The translations under genes and the position numbers were made by a program. The notes beneath the pieces are model-generated. The model saw only the letters and a list, made by a program, of their open reading frames with translations, was not told where the DNA came from and made no database searches. This document shows positions 58,975 through 64,000 of a stretch of DNA of 64,000 bases, piece by piece (the stretch's first letter is position 1; every line of letters begins with the position of its first letter). Source of the stretch: Nitrospiraceae bacterium (lineage in GTDB: Bacteria > Nitrospirota > Nitrospiria > Nitrospirales > Nitrospiraceae); NCBI GenBank assembly GCA_050246315.1, contig JBFWWG010000002.1:492811-556810 (forward strand), in the 5' to 3' direction.

Positions 58975-59670
58975 TCATCCAGCCACTCGCCCCGTGACCG
59001 GCCGCCGCTCGGCAACCTCGGCAAGAATCTTGACGCCCGCGCTGGTCCCGATTCGATCGGCGCCCGCATCGAGCAGAGCCAGGGCCGTCACGAGATCTCG
59101 AATTCCACCCGACGCTTTGATCTTGGCCCGGCCGGCCACAGCGTCCTTCATCAACCGGACATCCTCTACCGTCGCGCCACCAGCCGCAAAGCCGGTGGAG
59201 GTCTTCACATAGTCCATGCCGGCCTCCACCGCAAGTCGGCAAGCTGTTCGTTTCTCCTCTTGAGTCAGCAGGCAGGTCTCAAGGATGACTTTATGTTCCA
59301 CACCAGGGGTCGCACGGACGACCTCAGCCATGTCCCGCCGAACGTAATCGAGATCGCCGGACTTGAGCCGGCTCACGTTCAAGACCATGTCCAGCACGGT
59401 CGCGCCCATCTCCACCCCCTCGCAGGCTTCTGCCACCTTGGCACGGAAGGTCTGACCGCCGAGCGGAAAGCCGACCGGCATCCCGACGCGAATGTTCGCA
59501 CCGTTCACTGCCGCCACGGCCGCTTCAACTTGGCAGGGCGGCACAAAAATGACCGTGAACCCAAGGCTCTTCGCCTCCTCGCAGAGCCGAAGCACATCGC
59601 CTCGTGTGGCCTCCGGGCGAAGAATCGTATGGTCGATCAATCCGGCTACCCGATCCATTCGAACCATCAT
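58975..59670 (-). CDS. deoC: deoxyribose-phosphate aldolase
   Basis: IDHTIL, GFPLG, DMVLN, KVILET, VKTSTGF, KASGGIR, RIGTS. Confidence 0.96.
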   Translation of the reverse strand: MMVRMDRVAGLIDHTILRPEATRGDVLRLCEEAKSLGFTVIFVPPCQVEAAVAAVNGANIRVGMPVGFPLGGQTFRAKVAEACEGVEMGATVLDMVLNVSRLKSGDLDYVRRDMAEVVRATPGVEHKVILETCLLTQEEKRTACRLAVEAGMDYVKTSTGFAAGGATVEDVRLMKDAVAGRAKIKASGGIRDLVTALALLDAGADRIGTSAGVKILAEVAERRPVTGRVAG

Positions 59671-59729
59671 CCGCCATCTCCTTGAGCGGCTTCCAGGACG
59701 ACCGCTCGATCGGCCAGCCCGCATCATTC

Positions 59730-59921
59730 ACGAGGGTTCGTCACGAAACCGACAAGACGCCAAGCGAGACAGGCACCACGTAGAGCCACAAGAAGTTGAT
59801 GCGTACTTGAAACAGTATGTTGAGACCTTGAGGGGCGAGCCTGCCCGCCATACCACACTTCGTGTGAGCCGGCGGCTCGTCGGGCGAAGCCCGTCCTCAT
59901 TGTCATCGCCGGAGAAACACC
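59730..59921 (+). repeat. long form of the structured repeat (core-genome copy)
   Basis: Colinear with 32797-32982. Confidence 0.82.
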
Positions 59922-60044
59922 TTCGGCTGTCATGGCTTATCGCAGCCGGGGCACCCGTTGCTCCTTGGCGGCAACGGGTCGCACGGCGGTTGCAGTAGAA
60001 GCCATCGTGAATAATGCTGGCCAGGGGTGTGCACCGTATCGACT

Positions 60045-61079
60045 CTATAACCGAGTCCCGGTCAGCCGCCGAAACGGTCGTTTCTGAAATTTCTCCACCG
60101 CATGGTTATGTTCCTCCAGCGTCGAGGAGAAATAATGGGTACCGTCGTTCCGCGACACAAAGTACAGGTAGGCCGCGTTGGCGGGATACAAGGCTGCGCG
60201 AATCGAGTGGGCCCCAGGGCTGGCGATGGGACCAGGCGGAAGTCCGCGCACCCGATAGGTATTGTAAGGACTGTGATTGGACAGGTCTCGCTTGCGCAGG
60301 TTTCCATCGAAATGCTCCAGTCCGTAAATGACCGTCGGATCGCTTTGCAAGGGAATCTTCCGCCTCAATCGATTGTGAAAAACCGCCGAGATCAACTCGC
60401 GCTCGGCTCCCACGCTGGTTTCCTTTTCGATCACGGACGCGAGCGTCAGGACTTGGTGCGTCGTCATCCGCATGTCGGTGGCCCGTATCCGCCAGGCCGG
60501 AGTGAAGACCTGCCACAGTTTCGAGACCATGAGGTGAATCAAATCCTTGGCTTTGGTTCCCTTGGCAACATGATACGTATCCGGGAAGAGGTATCCCTCC
60601 AGACTGACGGCATTGATCTCCAGCGACCGGATGAAATCGCGGTCCATACAGAGGCGCCGAAACTCCCGCGCGTCAACCAGATTATCGATGTCCAACATCT
60701 CCGCGATCTGGGCAACCGAATACCCTTCCGGGATTGTAATCGGATGCAAGACCACCTGGCCGGCGACCAATTTGTCGAGGATCTCCTGCGGGGTCATCCC
60801 CTGATGCAATTCATACTCGCCGGAAATGATTCGCCGATCGGCTGAGTTGGAGCGCCCCAGCAGCACAAAACGGGAGCGGCTCTTGATGAGCCGTTCCTGT
60901 TCGAGCTGGACCGCGACCTGCTGGAAGGTCGCCCCATCAGGAATCATCACAAGCTTCGGTTGGGCTCGGCTGGGATCACCCGAGACCGGAGAGTCGGCCC
61001 ATCGGATCATCTGATAGCCGATGACACCCGTCACCAGGAAGGCAACGAGAAGGACCAGCAGCATCAGTCGTCCGTACAT
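60045..61079 (-). CDS. mltG: endolytic transglycosylase MltG
   Basis: EGYLFPDTY, ASVIEKE, LQSDPTVIY, SPYNTY, GLPPGPI. Confidence 0.96.
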   Translation of the reverse strand: MYGRLMLLVLLVAFLVTGVIGYQMIRWADSPVSGDPSRAQPKLVMIPDGATFQQVAVQLEQERLIKSRSRFVLLGRSNSADRRIISGEYELHQGMTPQEILDKLVAGQVVLHPITIPEGYSVAQIAEMLDIDNLVDAREFRRLCMDRDFIRSLEINAVSLEGYLFPDTYHVAKGTKAKDLIHLMVSKLWQVFTPAWRIRATDMRMTTHQVLTLASVIEKETSVGAERELISAVFHNRLRRKIPLQSDPTVIYGLEHFDGNLRKRDLSNHSPYNTYRVRGLPPGPIASPGAHSIRAALYPANAAYLYFVSRNDGTHYFSSTLEEHNHAVEKFQKRPFRRLTGTRL

Positions 61080-61097
61080 CGTCGAGATCGGTTTGCC

Positions 61098-61634
61098 TTA
61101 TCCCGCCGGCGCTCCCCCACCCCACGAATCTTCAGGATCCGTCGGCCAGTCATCGGCCAATGCCATACCCGACGCATCGGGGGAATCCGAGTGGGAAGTC
61201 GCGGATGTGTGGCTGGCAAGGTAGCTTTGCAGCAGGATTGCCGCCGCAACGCGATCCACCACCTGCTTGCGTTTGGCGCGGCTCAGATCGGCTTCGATCA
61301 GCAACGCTTCGGCGCTCTGGGTGGTATGGCGTTCATCCCAGGTCACGATCGGGACCGAAAGCAGCGGCTGCAGACGGCGACGGAAATCCTCGACCGCCGC
61401 GGCCTCCGGGCCAACCTCCCCGGTGGTACGGATTGGCAAACCGAGCACGACCCCTCCCGCCTCATGGTCGCGCACGAGGGCTGTAATATGGGCCAGATCG
61501 GCCTCAAGTGTTCTCCGCCGATAGGTTTCCAACGGTTGCGCCGTCCAACCCAGCTCATCGCTGAGCGCCACTCCGATCCGCTTCGTCCCGTAGTCCAACC
61601 CGAGAATCCGCTTGCTCTTCAGCTTACTGTCCAA
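61098..61634 (-). CDS. ruvX: Holliday junction resolvase-like RuvX/YqgF
   Basis: LGLDYGTKRIGVALSD, VLGLP, DERHTT, VDRVAAAILLQSYL. Confidence 0.95.
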   Translation of the reverse strand: MDSKLKSKRILGLDYGTKRIGVALSDELGWTAQPLETYRRRTLEADLAHITALVRDHEAGGVVLGLPIRTTGEVGPEAAAVEDFRRRLQPLLSVPIVTWDERHTTQSAEALLIEADLSRAKRKQVVDRVAAAILLQSYLASHTSATSHSDSPDASGMALADDWPTDPEDSWGGGAPAG

Positions 61635-64000
61635 GTGCCTTCTCCACCAGCGGAAAGACCTTTTCGAGGGCGCGGGGCAACCCTTCAGGTTGCTTGCCTC
61701 CGGCCTGCGCGAGTTCCGGCCGCCCCCCCCCGGTCCCTCCGACCTCGGCCGCCATGGATTTGATCAGCTCGCCTGCTTTGATCGCGGCGGTCAGGTCCTT
61801 GGTCACCGCGACCAGCAGGGAGACTTTGTCATCAGCCACGCCACCCAGCGCCACTACGCCTGATTTGAGCCTATCACGAACCCGATCGGCCAGTGCCCGC
61901 ATCCCGTTCATGTCCATCCCGTCTGTCCGTTGCACATGAACCTGCACCAGGCCGATCGAGCGGACCTGGGCATCACTCGACGCGCCGCTGGCAAGCTTGA
62001 GCTTCAGTTCTTCCAGTTCACGTTCCTTGTCTTTGAGCTGCGCGGCCATCCTTTTTGTCCGGCCGACGAGATCCGCCGGGGCGACCTTCAGAATTTCAGA
62101 CATCTCGCGAACGTCCGCTTCGAGCCGCTTCAATGCCGACAACGCCCCCACCCCTGTCTGCGCTTCAATCCGGCGCACCCCGGCAGCCACGCCCGTCTCG
62201 GACAGGATCCGGAATAGGCCGATCTCACCGGTGTGACGGCAGTGAGTTCCGCCGCACAGTTCCTTGCTGAATGCTTCGATGGTCACGACGCGGACCTGCT
62301 CTCCGTATTTGTCCCCAAAGAAGGCCAGCGCACCAGCAGAAACCGCATCCTGGATGCCCATCACCTCAGTCCGTACCGGCTCGTTGCGGCGAATCTGGTC
62401 ATTGACGACCGTTTCAACCTCGTCGATATCCTTGTCGGACAACGTCTTGAAATGTGCGAAGTCGAACCGCAGTCGATTCGGGGCCACCAGCGAACCATAT
62501 TGTTTGACATGGGGGCCCAGCAGATCTCGGAGGGCGGCGTGGACGAGGTGCGTCGCCGTATGGTTGCGGGCAGCATCCTGCCTCGTGTTGACTCGCACCT
62601 GGGCCTGCAGCCGATCTCCTTCGGACACTCGGCCGCTCCGGACCCTGCCCTTGTGCACAACTGTCGTTGGGAACGGTCTGACAGTCTCCATAATCTCGAT
62701 GTGACCTTCCGGTCCCACCAAAACCCCTTGATCCCCTACCTGACCGCCGCCTTCCGCATAGAACGGTGTGACGTCAAGCACACATTCGATGTCCTCGCCG
62801 GCCACCGCCTCCTTGACCAGGCGATCAGCCTTTACGATCGCCTGCAACACGCTCTCGGTCTGCAACCGTTCGTACCCGACGAACTGCGTCGCCGGCACCC
62901 GCGCCGCCAGGTCCTCGAACATCGGGTTGACGGCCTCGACCTCGAATGCGGCGGATTTCCGCGCCCTGGTCCTCTGCTCGTCAATCGCCAGGTCAAATCC
63001 CTCCTGATCGACGGTGAGCCCCTGCTCACGGCAAGCCTCGGCGATCAAATCCATCGGAAAGCCGTACGTATCGTAGAGTTTGAATACCTCCGGGCCCGCG
63101 AGCACCGGCTGACCGGCCGTTTTGGCCTTCGCTACCATGTCATTCAAAATCGGCAAGCCTTGGTCCAGCGTGGCAATAAATCGTTCTTCCTCCCCTTGCG
63201 TCACCTCGGTGATCGTACCGGCCGCAGCACTCAGCTCCGGGTAAAACGATCCCATAGACAGAGCCACCGAGCCGGTCAGGTCGTATAAGAACGGTTCCGG
63301 AACACCCAGCAAACGACCGTGCCGAGCGGCACGCCGGAGAATCCGGCGGAGCACATATCCGCGGCCTTCGTTCGAAGGCAAAATCCCGTCGGCCACCAAG
63401 AAGGCGATGGCCCGTAGGTGGTCGGCAACGACGCGCATGGACCGATCGTCCGCAAGGCTCGCCCCATATCGTTTTCCGGTCCTGGCCGCGATCGCGTCAA
63501 GAATCGGCGCGAAGACGTCGCCGTCATAGTTGCTGTGCTTCCCCTGCACGACGGCCGCCAGACGCTCCAATCCCATGCCGGTATCTATGCTCGGTCTGGG
63601 AAGCGGCTGCCGTTCGCCCTTTTCGTCTTGATTGAACTGCATGAACACGAGGTTCCAGATCTCGATCACGCGATCGCCCTCTCCGTTCGGCAGGTCGTCG
63701 CCCGGCACGGCCGCTCCCTGATCGAAGTGAATTTCCGAGCAGGGACCACAGGGACCCGTATCGCCCATTTGCCAGAAATTATCCTTCTCACCAAACCGCA
63801 TGATGCGTGTCTCCGGCACGCCGATTCTTTTCCAAAGAGCTGCCGCATCATCGTCGTCCTGGTAGACCGTGACCCAGAGCCGATCCCGGGCCAATCCGAT
63901 TTCCTTGGTCAGAAATTCCCACCCAAACTCGATGGCCTCGGCTTTGAAGTAGTCCCCGAACGAGAAGTTCCCCAACATCTCGAAGAAAGTGTGGTGCCGT
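61624..64000 (-). CDS. alaS: alanine--tRNA ligase (5' end outside window)
   Basis: MLGNFSFGDYFK, GPCGPCSEI, DTGMGLER, NHTATHL, ELCGGTH, GGGRP. Confidence 0.98.
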   Translation of the reverse strand, partial: RHHTFFEMLGNFSFGDYFKAEAIEFGWEFLTKEIGLARDRLWVTVYQDDDDAAALWKRIGVPETRIMRFGEKDNFWQMGDTGPCGPCSEIHFDQGAAVPGDDLPNGEGDRVIEIWNLVFMQFNQDEKGERQPLPRPSIDTGMGLERLAAVVQGKHSNYDGDVFAPILDAIAARTGKRYGASLADDRSMRVVADHLRAIAFLVADGILPSNEGRGYVLRRILRRAARHGRLLGVPEPFLYDLTGSVALSMGSFYPELSAAAGTITEVTQGEEERFIATLDQGLPILNDMVAKAKTAGQPVLAGPEVFKLYDTYGFPMDLIAEACREQGLTVDQEGFDLAIDEQRTRARKSAAFEVEAVNPMFEDLAARVPATQFVGYERLQTESVLQAIVKADRLVKEAVAGEDIECVLDVTPFYAEGGGQVGDQGVLVGPEGHIEIMETVRPFPTTVVHKGRVRSGRVSEGDRLQAQVRVNTRQDAARNHTATHLVHAALRDLLGPHVKQYGSLVAPNRLRFDFAHFKTLSDKDIDEVETVVNDQIRRNEPVRTEVMGIQDAVSAGALAFFGDKYGEQVRVVTIEAFSKELCGGTHCRHTGEIGLFRILSETGVAAGVRRIEAQTGVGALSALKRLEADVREMSEILKVAPADLVGRTKRMAAQLKDKERELEELKLKLASGASSDAQVRSIGLVQVHVQRTDGMDMNGMRALADRVRDRLKSGVVALGGVADDKVSLLVAVTKDLTAAIKAGELIKSMAAEVGGTGGGRPELAQAGGKQPEGLPRALEKVFPLVEKALGQ

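Overview
GC-rich bacterial chromosome window; a Nitrospira-like origin is an impression from gene style and content, not established. (1) 1-14.8 kb: SagB-type nitroreductase, secreted M43-like metalloprotease plus HEAT lipoprotein, TPR protein, PagL-like OMP and a glycosyltransferase, then a lasso-peptide-type RiPP operon. The operon has a stand-alone RRE, an Asn-synthetase-like cyclase, a 59-aa Met-rich precursor missed by the ORF track (9924-10103), a PRMT-fold methyltransferase, an HPr-kinase-like kinase and a nucleotidyltransferase, with no B2 peptidase visible. tadA and an Sfp-type PPTase follow. (2) 14.9-34 kb: accessory region starting at tRNA-Ser(CGA). It holds a 7.5-kb integrative satellite-like element bounded by 59-bp direct repeats whose integrase ORF reads through the att core, so excision would swap its C-terminal tail. 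It also holds tRNA-end-derived inverted repeats, a structured repeat family with covarying stems, an intact IS5, two beta-propeller lipoproteins, higBA, mazEF and a displaced pseudo-3' end of the DUF2779 gene. (3) 34-64 kb: mostly core genes (DUF2779 nuclease, MATE, phd-vapC, ABC transporter, panE fusion, cobB, HAD, RomR-like regulator, valS-nadC-birA-coaX, grpE-dnaK-dnaJ-rsmE, YCF48-like and IPT/TIG proteins, RidA-family, degenerate deoB, deoC, mltG, ruvX, partial alaS). All calls are from motif reading by eye; no searches were run.
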